36,696 nt of DNA from an uncultured Anaerolineaceae bacterium (GCA_964593865.1 CAZQKE010000132.1:1-36696), one strand, 5' to 3'; positions 23,946 to 33,626 are shown, counted from the first letter of the stretch. Notes: generated from the sequence alone by a model not told the origin. A program made the numbers and translations.

Positions 23946-26264
23946 CTAGCCTCTGTTCCCTCGCTTCTGGATGCCGTCCAGGTAGGCTACGTCGCCGGTG
24001 TTCAACTGGGCGGCATTGGCCTCGTCGGTGTCCAGATGGAACTCAAGCCGGTACTTGGGCGAGACACGGACGACGACATCACCAAAGATCAGCTCTCGGT
24101 CGCCTTCCACCCGCAGCCGCACAATGTCTCCATCGCGCAGCCCCAAGCGACGGGCATCGTCGGGCGTCATATGGATATGACGGTGGGCGATGATCACACC
24201 TTTGTCCAACTCAACCTGCCCGGCAGGCCCTTCCAAGATGAGGCCCGGCGTGCCGTCCAGGTCGCCCGACATACGGACGGGTGCATTGATCCCCAAGCGG
24301 AACCCTTCGGTGCGGGAGATCTCAACCTGGGTCTCGCTTCGCGCCGGGCCGAGCACCCGCACCCGGTCCACAATCCCCTTAGGGCCGATCAGTTTGACCC
24401 GTTCCTCACAGGCGAATTGCCCCGGTTGGCTCAGGGGGATGCTCGGCGTCAGTTCGTGACCGGGGCCAAAGAGTCGCTCCACATCGGCTTGGCTGAGGTG
24501 GACGTGGTGGGCCGAGACACCGATGGGGATGGGAATCTTGTTGGCTTCGATCCGCCGCTGGAGCGATTCGTAGCTCAAAATGCGGATCGTCTCGCGGGCG
24601 ATCATGCGCGAGGCATCCGAATGGATGACCAGGACCTTGACTTTGGACCGAGGGTGGGAGATGTCCACAACCCCCTCGGAAGCATCGTGGGTCGCCCGGT
24701 TCTTGACGGCGTCGATCAGGATGCCCAACCCCCACAGGTCCTGGCAGGCCATTGAACGCACGCCGGCGGCATTCTCACCGATGCCGCCGGTAAACACCAG
24801 CACATCCAAGCCGCCCAGGGCAGCATAGTAGGCGCCGATGTATTTGCGAATGCGGTAGGTGAACACTTCGGCAGCCAGCATCGCTTTGGGATCGCCGGCA
24901 TTGGCCGCATCGGGAATCTCGCGGGTGTCGCCCGAAAGGCCGGAAAGGCCCTTCATGCCGCTTTCCCGGTAGAGCAGGTGATCTATTTCATCGGCAGACA
25001 TCCCCTTGCGCATCAGGTAGGTGAGGATGGAAGGGTCCAGGTCGCCGGAACGGGTGACCATCACCAGCCCTTCCAAGGGGGTAAGGCCCATGCTGGTATC
25101 AATGGAACGCCCATGATCAATGGCGCAGACCGAGGCTCCCTCTCCCAAATGGCAGGTGATGATTTTGAGGCGGGAAAACCGCTTCTTTAGGTAGGTTGCA
25201 GCCATCAGCCCCACGTACTGGTGGGAAGGGCCGTGAAAGCCGTACCGTCGGATGCCATCTTCGGTGTATAGCTTCTCCGGCAGCGCATAGCGGTAAGCGT
25301 AGCGGGGCATCGTCTGGTGGAAAGCGGTATCAAAGACGGCCACTTGGGGGACATCGGGCAGGATTTCGCGCATCCATTCGATGCCCAAGGCGTGCATGGG
25401 GTTGTGGAGGGGGGCCAGCGGCGCGAAACGACGGATGTCGGCCAGCACCTGGTCGTCAATGATCACGGGGTCGGAATATTTATCGCCGCCGTGAACTACC
25501 CGGTGGCCCACGGCCGTAATCTCTTCCAAGCTGCCGAGCACACCGGTTTGAGGGTCCACCAGGCGGTCCAGGGCTGCTTGCAACGCCTGACGATGGTCGA
25601 TTTGCCCCAGATGGAAGATAAATTCGCCGCCGGCCGTGATGTGAGTCTGGGTTGCCCGCGGTTCGCCGATCCATTCCACCTGCCCCTCAACGTTTTTGCT
25701 CTCGTCCTCCGTGTCAAAAAAGCGGTACTTGAGGGAACCGGTGCGCAGGTTGAGGACCAGGATCTTGTGCGGCTCGTCGGGTGTCAGATTCAGCCCGTAA
25801 GGGTCTTCCTCTGCCTGGGCTTGGGCTTCTTTGAGGATCTGACGCCCATGCTCGACGCGCGCGCTACGCCGAACGATGGACTGGGAAAAGTGCTGCAGGG
25901 CCGCCGGATCGGTTTGTACCCAACGGTGAAAGAGGTTGACCGGGATCAAGAGCACACGGCAAGGCGTCGCGGCGATCAGGTCCACCGGCGAGGAGGAGTC
26001 GGTCAGCAGCGACATCTCGCCGATGGTGCTACCGGGCTGCATAACCTCCACCCGGATCGGTTCCTCCCCTTCTTGCTCCGGGAGATAGGCATGGGCTTCC
26101 CCCTCCAGCAGCAGGCCGAAAAAGGTAAAGGGTTGCCCGGCCGGAACGATCACTTCTCCGGGGGCATAGGGGGCAATGGCTGCCTGTTCCAAGATCGCCT
26201 GTCGGATCTTGTCGGGCAGGTTGTTAAAGATTTCGTATCGGTCCAACAGATCGTTTGGGATCAT
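23946..26264 (-). CDS. Tri-domain fusion protein: an N-terminal CAP/cNMP-binding-like domain, an acetate (or propionate) kinase domain, and a PduL-type phosphotransacylase domain.
   Basis: The ATG is at 26264. The cNMP-like beta-barrel spans residues 20-120 and contains GSTIGEMSLL, but the phosphate-binding Arg appears to be missing. The acetate-kinase motifs are ILVLNLRTGSLKYRFFD, VGHRVVHGG, YGFHGPSHQYV, IITCHLGEGASVCAIDHGRSIDTSMGLTPLEGLVMVTRSGDLDP and VFTGGIGEN. The C-terminal PduL motifs are two repeats: IGVSAHHVHLSQADVERLFG...PLSQPGQFA and IIAHRHIHMTPDDARRLGL...HLDTDEANA. Confidence 0.85.
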   Translation of the reverse strand: MIPNDLLDRYEIFNNLPDKIRQAILEQAAIAPYAPGEVIVPAGQPFTFFGLLLEGEAHAYLPEQEGEEPIRVEVMQPGSTIGEMSLLTDSSSPVDLIAATPCRVLLIPVNLFHRWVQTDPAALQHFSQSIVRRSARVEHGRQILKEAQAQAEEDPYGLNLTPDEPHKILVLNLRTGSLKYRFFDTEDESKNVEGQVEWIGEPRATQTHITAGGEFIFHLGQIDHRQALQAALDRLVDPQTGVLGSLEEITAVGHRVVHGGDKYSDPVIIDDQVLADIRRFAPLAPLHNPMHALGIEWMREILPDVPQVAVFDTAFHQTMPRYAYRYALPEKLYTEDGIRRYGFHGPSHQYVGLMAATYLKKRFSRLKIITCHLGEGASVCAIDHGRSIDTSMGLTPLEGLVMVTRSGDLDPSILTYLMRKGMSADEIDHLLYRESGMKGLSGLSGDTREIPDAANAGDPKAMLAAEVFTYRIRKYIGAYYAALGGLDVLVFTGGIGENAAGVRSMACQDLWGLGILIDAVKNRATHDASEGVVDISHPRSKVKVLVIHSDASRMIARETIRILSYESLQRRIEANKIPIPIGVSAHHVHLSQADVERLFGPGHELTPSIPLSQPGQFACEERVKLIGPKGIVDRVRVLGPARSETQVEISRTEGFRLGINAPVRMSGDLDGTPGLILEGPAGQVELDKGVIIAHRHIHMTPDDARRLGLRDGDIVRLRVEGDRELIFGDVVVRVSPKYRLEFHLDTDEANAAQLNTGDVAYLDGIQKRGNRG

Positions 26265-26453
26265 CTGACATCTCCGGCAATGGCTGGATGCCGACGGGCG
26301 AGTCCCCCCGCTCCATCAGGTCGGCACAGAAGCGGGCGCATTATAGCATACTTTGGCAGCAAGGGGAAAATCCGCCTCCGGAGGAGCAAAGGCGGGTGGC
26401 AAGCCCACGCAGGCACAGGGCACGGCCGCCGGGTGGCCGGACTTTGGCAAGGA

Positions 26454-27389
26454 TTAGATTACCAGTTGGTCGTAGAGCCGCTCCAAGCTCAGGTCCGGGC
26501 AGACGGTCTCGCGGCTCTGCAGGGTCAGGGCAGCGGCGGCGATACCCAAGCGCACCGCTTCATCCACCGGGAATTCGTTGAGAAGGCCAAAGACGACGGC
26601 AGCGGTCAGCGCATCTCCCGCGCCGGTCAAATCCACAACCTCGCACTCAATGGCCGGGATGTGACCGCTTTCCTGGGGAGTGGCATAGACCAGACCGATG
26701 GCCCCTAAGGTCACGATGGCGATCTGCACGCCCAAACTCACCAAGCGGCGGGCGGCGAGCAACGCGCTCTCCCGGTCGGAGACGGGGATGCCACACAGGG
26801 CCTCGGCCTCGGCGGCGTTGGGGGTGATCAGGGTCAGTTGCGGAAGGTACGGACAAAGGCGCGGGGCCAGGGTCGTGGTCGTCGGGTCGGCGCAAACCGG
26901 CAGGCGGTAGCGATGGGCCAGGCGGAAGATGGTGCGCAAGGCGGCAGGCGAGAGGTTGGCGTCAAGGATGACCATCCGGGCATCACGGAAAAGGGCACGA
27001 CGACGGTACAACCAGGTAGGGGTAAGCAATTCGCGGTTGATGCCCATGTCGTCAATGGACATCAACGGACTACCGTTTTCCCCCAAGACGACCAGGTAGG
27101 CGGCGGTATGGTGCTCGGCGGCGTCGGCGATGAGGACGTGGCTAACGTCTATGCCGCACTCGCGGGCTTGGTTCAAGATGCGCCGCCCGGAGCCGTCATT
27201 GCCCACGGCGGAAAGGAGGACGACCCGCTCACCCAGACGGGCCAGGTTCTCGGCAATGTTGCGCCCCACTCCGCCGACGCTGACACGAATGGTCCCCGGT
27301 GTGGAAGTGCCGGGTTGTGGTTCTCGCCCGGCACGCCCTTTGGTGTCTATGGAAGCTGCACCGATGATAAGAAGATGGCATTGTTGCAT
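26454..27389 (-). CDS. PfkB-family carbohydrate or nucleoside kinase (ribokinase-like).
   Basis: The internal ATG (MQQCHLLIIGAASID) is proposed as the start, 14 codons into the TTG-initiated track ORF. The N-terminal motif is GGVGRNIA. The C-terminal motif is DLTGAGDALTAAV. The substrate is unknown. Confidence 0.8.
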   Translation of the reverse strand: MQQCHLLIIGAASIDTKGRAGREPQPGTSTPGTIRVSVGGVGRNIAENLARLGERVVLLSAVGNDGSGRRILNQARECGIDVSHVLIADAAEHHTAAYLVVLGENGSPLMSIDDMGINRELLTPTWLYRRRALFRDARMVILDANLSPAALRTIFRLAHRYRLPVCADPTTTTLAPRLCPYLPQLTLITPNAAEAEALCGIPVSDRESALLAARRLVSLGVQIAIVTLGAIGLVYATPQESGHIPAIECEVVDLTGAGDALTAAVVFGLLNEFPVDEAVRLGIAAAALTLQSRETVCPDLSLERLYDQLVI

Positions 27390-27390
27390 T

Positions 27391-29016
27391 TTACCGACTC
27401 CCGGCTGGTAGGGTGGAAAGGGTCGATTCAAGAGTCAAGTTACCCAAAGCAATCGCTGTGGGGGCACCACTGAGGGCGATCTTCTCCAAAGCATCTATGT
27501 AGAGTTGCGCCGTCAGAGTGTCACTGAGCAGGTTACGGGAGATCTGTTCCACGAGCTGGGCGAATCGCTGGACGATGGTCGGATCAATCTGTCCATCACT
27601 GGCACCTTGCATTCCTTTGAGCAACTGTTCGATTAGATCCTCAACGGAGCGGACTTTGACCTCCGTCACCCGCGCTAAAGCGTCTGCTTGTCCCTTCCCT
27701 CTGGCTTCCATTGCCTTCTGCTCCGCAGTCGCTTCCAAGATCGTTGACCGATATACCCCTTCCGACCGAATAATCATCACTTCTTTGTCTGCCTTGGCTT
27801 CCATCACTTTGCCCTTTTCTTTGTAGCGCGCAGCCCATAGCTCCATGAGCCTTTCTTTCATCTCCTCCGGGGCTTCGAAATGGGAGATTTTGAATCCCGT
27901 GATCGTTACTCCCCAGCTGGGCGAGATCTTTTGCGCCAAAGACATGGTTTCCGCCGTGATCGCATTGAGGATTGACTCATCGGCGACGAGGTCGCCGTCT
28001 CCAAAATTGTAGAAATCCTCCAGGGAGTACCTGCGCACAACACTTTGCAATTGGGTTTCCGTCGCCGCTTGGCTGGTGAGCTTCCAACCGGCGGCAGTGG
28101 TTCCATAGACGGCACGGTACAGGGTATGCTGATAGACTTTGTAATCACCGGCGATGATGCCTGTAAAGTTCCCTCCCTGATCGGGAGGCAAAGCACCCTT
28201 TACCCATTTCGCGGTGTCTTTGGCAGCCTCAATGCGAAACCCGACGCCGCAATGGAAACGCAAAGGGACATGATCTTTAGTTAACACATTCTCGGCCGTC
28301 CAGCTGATCCATTGCTTGCGGAGATCAAGCACGGCTTTGGCAAATTCCATAAATTTGGGGTAAACTCTACCAGGACCTTCGATCCGAGTTACGTTTCCTC
28401 CTCTTTCAAAGACCACAGCATTGTAAGGTTTGATTATCACCAGGCCCGGACCGCCTATTTTGGGTAACAAGCCTTTGGGCCTTGTTTGGGTGATCTCGCC
28501 GTTTTCCACAATGTAGTAAGGACGACCCGTGCGAAAGATCATGCTCAGAAAAAGGCGCACAACGTCAAGGCGAGAAATATCCATCACGCCGGGCATTTGG
28601 AGCACAAATTCGCTGCTGATGAATACCACAGTCAGTATCGGCAGAAGGACGATCACCGTTCCGAGGATGAGGGAGACCACGATGGACACAATGACTTTGG
28701 CCGTCACACCTCCTAAAAAGAAGCTAAGGATTTTGCTTTGCTCAATGGCCCGCACCTGTTCAGGAGCGTTGAGGAACAGAATCAAGATTGTTGACAGGAA
28801 CAACGCGAACGCCGTAATAAACCAAACCGTCCAAGTGAGACGGCGCGCTTTGGCCGACACAAACCCCACCGGGATAACGGCCAGAAGGCCCAGGGCGACG
28901 CAATGCCCAACCCAAACAGATGCAAGGCGGTATGCCACAAGGGACACCAGCGCAACGAACAGGATGTAACCGGCTACCAAGCCGCGAGGTATACCCAATT
29001 TTCCTTTTTCTTGCAT
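27391..29016 (-). CDS. Membrane protein with an SPFH / band-7 domain (flotillin or stomatin-like). It has 4 N-terminal transmembrane helices and a long coiled-coil-like C-terminus.
   Basis: The ATG is at 29016. The transmembrane helices lie within residues 10-140. The SPFH core is GLVIIKPYNAVVFERGGNVTRIEGPGRVYPKFMEFAKAVLDLRKQ...RFHCGVGFRIE. The C-terminus is rich in E, K and A. This gene is visibly lower in GC than its neighbours. Confidence 0.8.
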   Translation of the reverse strand: MQEKGKLGIPRGLVAGYILFVALVSLVAYRLASVWVGHCVALGLLAVIPVGFVSAKARRLTWTVWFITAFALFLSTILILFLNAPEQVRAIEQSKILSFFLGGVTAKVIVSIVVSLILGTVIVLLPILTVVFISSEFVLQMPGVMDISRLDVVRLFLSMIFRTGRPYYIVENGEITQTRPKGLLPKIGGPGLVIIKPYNAVVFERGGNVTRIEGPGRVYPKFMEFAKAVLDLRKQWISWTAENVLTKDHVPLRFHCGVGFRIEAAKDTAKWVKGALPPDQGGNFTGIIAGDYKVYQHTLYRAVYGTTAAGWKLTSQAATETQLQSVVRRYSLEDFYNFGDGDLVADESILNAITAETMSLAQKISPSWGVTITGFKISHFEAPEEMKERLMELWAARYKEKGKVMEAKADKEVMIIRSEGVYRSTILEATAEQKAMEARGKGQADALARVTEVKVRSVEDLIEQLLKGMQGASDGQIDPTIVQRFAQLVEQISRNLLSDTLTAQLYIDALEKIALSGAPTAIALGNLTLESTLSTLPAGSR

Positions 29017-29547
29017 AACGCCGTCACCTCACATCCCTTGCACTACTGCTCCGAACCAAAGAAGCCGCTTTTTGGGGAGAACGTCGGTTAGTAAAATTTG
29101 AGGCATCACCGTGGAAAGCCGGATTGGGGTGGCACTGTGAGGGAAGGATTCAGGTATTCGTTACAGGAGATTTGGCCTATAATCTCTACTCCATTTTCAA
29201 CAAGATGAGAACAAAACGGCACCCTGCTGCAGCAACGAATCGTCGGGAGCAATATTGCCGACCAACATCGCCGACGTTTCCAGCGACCAACGTTGCCTCC
29301 CTTCAGGGGGGTCGACAATGATCAAGGGCCTGCAAAGTATGACGACGGAACTCCGAAGCATCAACACTCTACCATAAGAGTAGGAATTTGTCAAATCAGG
29401 GATTATGGGGAAACTTGGGATTGAACCCATACGCCGACGGACGGAGTACGGCGGCTTCCGAAAGGACACGATGGACTGCAGACTTGCTAATCAACCGGGA
29501 GCACCGGCTGCATATCTATCTTGCTTTCAATGGCTCCGGCAGGTCGG

Positions 29548-29576
29548 TTGCACAAAATCCGATTTTGCGTTATACT
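29548..29576 (+). promoter_or_regulatory. Sigma70-like promoter upstream of rel.
   Basis: The sequence reads TTGCAC-17 nt (AAAATCCGATTTTGCGT)-TATACT. It lies about 55 nt upstream of the proposed GTG start. Confidence 0.4.
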
Positions 29577-29629
29577 TTTGGTTGACGCACACCTATTTGA
29601 GGCTGGTGCGTGCAGGAGCGAAACCGGCT

Positions 29630-31846
29630 GTGACAGATAAGCTCTCAATAGAATGGGCCAATCAAAGATTCAGCGGGGTGGAGCTAGAGTTTGTCCGCCG
29701 CGCCTATGAGCAGGCGGTCGCCGCCCACGCGGGGCAAAAACGGGATTCAGGGGAACCTTACGTCGTCCACTGCATAGAGGTTGCACGGATACTGACCGAC
29801 ATGGGCCTGGATTACAGGGCCGTGGCCGCCGGCCTTCTCCACGACATCGTAGAAGACACCGAGTGGACGGTAGAAGACGTGCGTCGCCGCTTTGACGACC
29901 AGGTCGCCAAACTGGTTGACGGCGTGACCAAATTGGCCTACATTGACACCATCAGCCAGAAAGACAACCGCAACATCCAGGACCGAGAGGCCGAAAACCT
30001 ACGCAAAATGTTTTTGGCCATGGTGGACGATGTGCGGGTCGTCCTCATCAAGTTGGCCGACCGCTTGCACAACATGCGCACCCTGGATTCCCTTTCCCCG
30101 GAACGGCAAAAACGCATTGCCCGCGAGACCCTGGAGATCTTTGCCCCCTTGGCCAGTCGCCTGGGAATATGGCAAATCAAAGGGGAACTGGAAGACCTGG
30201 GCTTCCGCTACTACGACCCCCAGACCTATTACCGAATCGCTACCCTGGTCGCAGAACAGCAAGAAGCCCGCGAGGCTTACATCCGCCAAGTCTCTGCGGA
30301 ACTGAAGGCCCGTTTGCGCCTGGAGGGGATCAAAGCGAGGGTGATAGGTCGTCCCAAACACATCTACAGCATCTACCGCAAAATGCAGCGCAAAGGCATA
30401 GAATTTGACCAGGTGTTTGACATCCGAGGGATACGGGTCATCGTGGACGAGGTCTCGGAGTGCTACACCGTGTTGGGCATCGTCCACGCCATGTGGACGC
30501 CCATCCCCGGTGAGTTTGACGACTATATCGCCAGGCCCAAAGAAAACCTCTACCAATCGCTGCATACGGCGGTCATCGGACCGGAGGGAAAAACCCTAGA
30601 AGTCCAAATCCGTACCCACGAAATGCATCAACAGGCCGAATTCGGGATCGCCGCCCATTGGCGATACAAGGAAGGAGCCAAGCGGGACCCGGCCTATGAG
30701 AACAAAGTTGCCTGGCTCCGTTCCCTGATGGAATGGCGGGACGACGTCAAAGATGCCCGCGAGTTCGTAGACAGCCTCAAGACCGATGTCTTGGAAGACC
30801 GAGTGTATGTCTTTACCCCCAAGGGCGAGGTCCGAGACCTGCCTGCCGGTTCCACCCCCATTGACTTTGCCTACTACATCCACACCGAAGTCGGTCACCG
30901 TTGCCGAGGAGCCAGAGTCAACGGCAAATTGGTCCCCCTAACCTACCGGCTGCAAAACGGCGACCAAGTAGAGATCATCACCGCCAAACACGGCGGTCCA
31001 AGCCGCGACTGGCTACGACCGGACCTGGGTTACGTGCGCTCCGCCCGTAGTCGCCAGAAGATCCGACGCTGGTTCCGCCAACAGGACCGCGAGGAAAACA
31101 TCCATTTCGGCAGGGAGCAGCTCAAGCGGGAGCTCAAACGGCTGAACCTGAGCGACAGCGTGAGCCACCGGGAGATCGCCGACCTGCTCGGTTATGATAA
31201 CTTGGACGACCTATACGCTGCCATCGGGTTCGGCGATCTGAACACCCAGCGCATCGCCGCCCGTGTCCTCCAGGTCCTCAGCCACGACGAAGTCTTTGTT
31301 GAAGAGAAAAAGGCAACGGTCGCCACCACACCGGACGGCATCCGCATCAAAGGCGTAGGCGATCTACCCACCCGCTTGGCCGAATGTTGCCACCCCAAAC
31401 CGGAAGACCGCGATCCGATCATCGGCTATGTGACGCGCGGCCAGGGCGTAACTATCCATAAATGGGATTGCCCCAACATCCTGGCCCGCACCAACCGAGG
31501 CGAAATGGAACGGCTGATTGAAGTGGATTGGGGCACGGCGGAGGAATGGGTCTACCCTGTCGTCATCCAAGTTCGTGCCTGGGACCGAGACGGCCTGTTA
31601 CGGGACATCGCCACCGTCATCGCCGAAGAACGGATCAACATGCGAGAAGTCACCTCTACCCTCCCCCAAAAGCCAAATCTGATCACCCTGACCGCCACAT
31701 TGGAGATCAATCACGTAGAACAACTGATCAACGTGTTGGAGCGGATTGACCGTTTGCGCAACGTCGTTGAAGTCACACGTCTTCCCAACCCCGATGGGCG
31801 CAAGCGCAAAGAACGCTACCCCGATAAATCTATGAGATTGGATTGA
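29630..31846 (+). CDS. rel: Bifunctional (p)ppGpp synthetase/hydrolase of the RelA/SpoT homologue family.
   Basis: The hydrolase HD motifs are YVVHCIEVARIL...LLHDIVEDT. The synthetase region reads RPKHIYSIYRKMQRKGIEFDQVFDIRGIRVIV...FDDYIARPKENLYQSLHT. TGS and ACT-like C-terminal domains follow. The start is uncertain. The GTG at 29630 is chosen from the promoter position and the typical Rel N-terminal length. The track ORF begins at 29405. Confidence 0.88.
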   Translation: MTDKLSIEWANQRFSGVELEFVRRAYEQAVAAHAGQKRDSGEPYVVHCIEVARILTDMGLDYRAVAAGLLHDIVEDTEWTVEDVRRRFDDQVAKLVDGVTKLAYIDTISQKDNRNIQDREAENLRKMFLAMVDDVRVVLIKLADRLHNMRTLDSLSPERQKRIARETLEIFAPLASRLGIWQIKGELEDLGFRYYDPQTYYRIATLVAEQQEAREAYIRQVSAELKARLRLEGIKARVIGRPKHIYSIYRKMQRKGIEFDQVFDIRGIRVIVDEVSECYTVLGIVHAMWTPIPGEFDDYIARPKENLYQSLHTAVIGPEGKTLEVQIRTHEMHQQAEFGIAAHWRYKEGAKRDPAYENKVAWLRSLMEWRDDVKDAREFVDSLKTDVLEDRVYVFTPKGEVRDLPAGSTPIDFAYYIHTEVGHRCRGARVNGKLVPLTYRLQNGDQVEIITAKHGGPSRDWLRPDLGYVRSARSRQKIRRWFRQQDREENIHFGREQLKRELKRLNLSDSVSHREIADLLGYDNLDDLYAAIGFGDLNTQRIAARVLQVLSHDEVFVEEKKATVATTPDGIRIKGVGDLPTRLAECCHPKPEDRDPIIGYVTRGQGVTIHKWDCPNILARTNRGEMERLIEVDWGTAEEWVYPVVIQVRAWDRDGLLRDIATVIAEERINMREVTSTLPQKPNLITLTATLEINHVEQLINVLERIDRLRNVVEVTRLPNPDGRKRKERYPDKSMRLD

Positions 31847-31860
31847 CGCACCGAGCGGCC

Positions 31861-32556
31861 ATGAGCAGCACAGACCGATTTCTAACCTGCGATTGCGGAC
31901 GACCGTTGGTGACGGTAGATGTCGTCATCTTTACCCTGCGACACGGAGACCTCCAGGTACTTTTGATCCGGCGCCAACACCCACCATTCGTAGGCATGTG
32001 GGCCATCCCCGGCGGCTTCATCCGGCTTGAAGAAACCCTGGAAGAAGCGGCCATCCGCAAGCTAGAGGAGAAAACCGGCCTGCGCGATGTCTATTTGGAA
32101 CAGCTCTTCACCTTTGGGCACCCCCGGCGGGACCCTCGTGACCGGGTGATCACCGTCGCCTATATGGCCGTCATTCCGGCGACCGGCGTCGTATCCCGTG
32201 CCACCGACGACGCCGAGAACGTCCGCTGGTGGTCTATTTACGACCTTCCCCCTCTGGCCTTTGACCACGGCGACATCCTGCACTACGCCCTCACCCGGTT
32301 ACGCTACAAATTGGAATACACGGCGGTCGGGTTTGAGCTACTGCCCGAACAGTTTACCCTGACCGAGCTCCAGACCGCTTACGAAATCGTCCTGGGCGAA
32401 TCGCTGGACAAACGCAACTTCCGACGCAAGATTCTGAGCGCAGGGATCATTGAACCGACGGGTAGGTATCGCACCGGCGAAGGCCGCCCGGCCAAGCTCT
32501 ACCGCTACCGAGAAGACGCCGTGGCCGAAGTCAAGGCCCGGAGGCTCTTCCCTTAG
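31861..32556 (+). CDS. Nudix hydrolase fused to a C-terminal winged-helix domain, an NrtR-like architecture.
   Basis: The ATG at 31861 lies 15 nt after the rel stop. The Nudix box is GGFIRLEETLEEAAIRKLEEKTGL. The C-terminal roughly 80 aa (LTELQTAYEIVLGESLDKRNFRRKIL) resemble a wHTH DNA-binding domain. Confidence 0.7.
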   Translation: MSSTDRFLTCDCGRPLVTVDVVIFTLRHGDLQVLLIRRQHPPFVGMWAIPGGFIRLEETLEEAAIRKLEEKTGLRDVYLEQLFTFGHPRRDPRDRVITVAYMAVIPATGVVSRATDDAENVRWWSIYDLPPLAFDHGDILHYALTRLRYKLEYTAVGFELLPEQFTLTELQTAYEIVLGESLDKRNFRRKILSAGIIEPTGRYRTGEGRPAKLYRYREDAVAEVKARRLFP

Positions 32557-32712
32557 CATAAGCGCATCCATCGTTCCCCGCAGCGGTTCCGCCGACGATG
32601 CCGAGGGCGTGGTGGGAAATCGCGCCGAACCAACCTTCCCCCCGTGAGATCTGCACCTCCGCGGTGAGAAACCTTGTCAATGCGCCCGCCTTGTTGAACG
32701 GCGACCTGTTCC

Positions 32713-32741
32713 TAGACAAAATCTGTCAGATGGGGTACAAT
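32713..32741 (+). promoter_or_regulatory. Putative promoter with a roughly 100-nt structured leader for the uracil-DNA glycosylase gene.
   Basis: The sequence reads TAGACA-17 nt-TACAAT, with a TG at -15/-14. The leader downstream contains nested stems in GGCGGCCCACAGGGTGGGGTTCCCACCGCC. Confidence 0.35.
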
Positions 32742-32850
32742 TCGGGTCGCCTCTTTTGGGCCTGCGGTCAACCTACCGCGCAGGTGAACGGTTGGCGGCC
32801 CACAGGGTGGGGTTCCCACCGCCATTTCGGATAGGAAGGGGGAGAAAGAA

Positions 32851-33456
32851 TTGTCTGAACTGACGGACCTTTACCAGGAGATTCGGCAATGCCAAAAATG
32901 TATCCTCGGCCAGGGGCGTACCAACGCCGTGCCCGGTGAAGGGCCGGAGGATGCCGACATTATGTTTATCGGCGAGGCTCCGGGCTTCCATGAGGATCGC
33001 TTGGGGCGGCCTTTTGTCGGTGCAGCGGGCAAATACTTGGACGAGTTGCTGGCAAAGATCGGAATCCGGCGTGAGGAGGTCTACATCGCCAACGTGGTCA
33101 AGTGCCGACCACCCGGCAACCGCGACCCCCGCCCGGAGGAGATTGAAGCCTGCCGTCCGTATCTTGACAAGCAGATAGAGATCATCCGCCCCCGCATCAT
33201 CGTCACCCTGGGGCGATTCTCCATGCAGCGGTACTTTCCCGGCGCGTCCATCTCGCGCATCCACGGCCGGCCCAAGCGGGTGGGCGGCGTGATCTACTAT
33301 CCCATGTTCCACCCGGCGGCGGCTTTGCACCAACCCCGCTGGCGGAGCTTGGTTGAAGAAGACATCATGCGCATCCCCGAACTGCTATCCAAGCTGGACG
33401 AGATCGAAGAGGAGGAGCCGGAGATCCCCCAAGCCCGGCAACTGAGCCTGTTCTGA
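32851..33456 (+). CDS. Family-4 (thermostable-type) uracil-DNA glycosylase.
   Basis: A TTG start at 32851 is preceded by AAGGGGGAG. A Cys-x2-Cys motif for an Fe-S cluster is present (QCQKC). The family signatures are FIGEAPG (motif A) and HPAAALH (motif B). Confidence 0.85.
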   Translation: MSELTDLYQEIRQCQKCILGQGRTNAVPGEGPEDADIMFIGEAPGFHEDRLGRPFVGAAGKYLDELLAKIGIRREEVYIANVVKCRPPGNRDPRPEEIEACRPYLDKQIEIIRPRIIVTLGRFSMQRYFPGASISRIHGRPKRVGGVIYYPMFHPAAALHQPRWRSLVEEDIMRIPELLSKLDEIEEEEPEIPQARQLSLF

Positions 33457-33626
33457 GGGGGCGAGGGAGAGATAGGCAGCTGGGTGTTTGCCTTCTGCCC
33501 GTCCTGCCTGGGCTTTGTGGCGGCGATGCGCGTCGGCATCATCATACTCCTGCGCCTTGTGTGACGGTGGATGCGGGGCGAGGACCTTTTGGGGGATTAG
33601 TAGGAAATCGGAGACAGGAGGGGAAC

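Noticed and set aside
29400-29480. tRNA gene or fragment suggested by GGGTTCAATCCC (minus strand).
   Set aside because: No matching acceptor stem is present. The putative T-stem is only 3-4 bp with a 6-nt loop. It is kept only as a weak integration-scar hint.
29405-29629. The N-terminal 75 codons of the track ORF for rel.
   Set aside because: Homologous Rel proteins have about 20-50 residues ahead of the conserved AYxxA...HxGQxR region. A good promoter, TTGCAC-17-TATACT, lies inside the putative extension.
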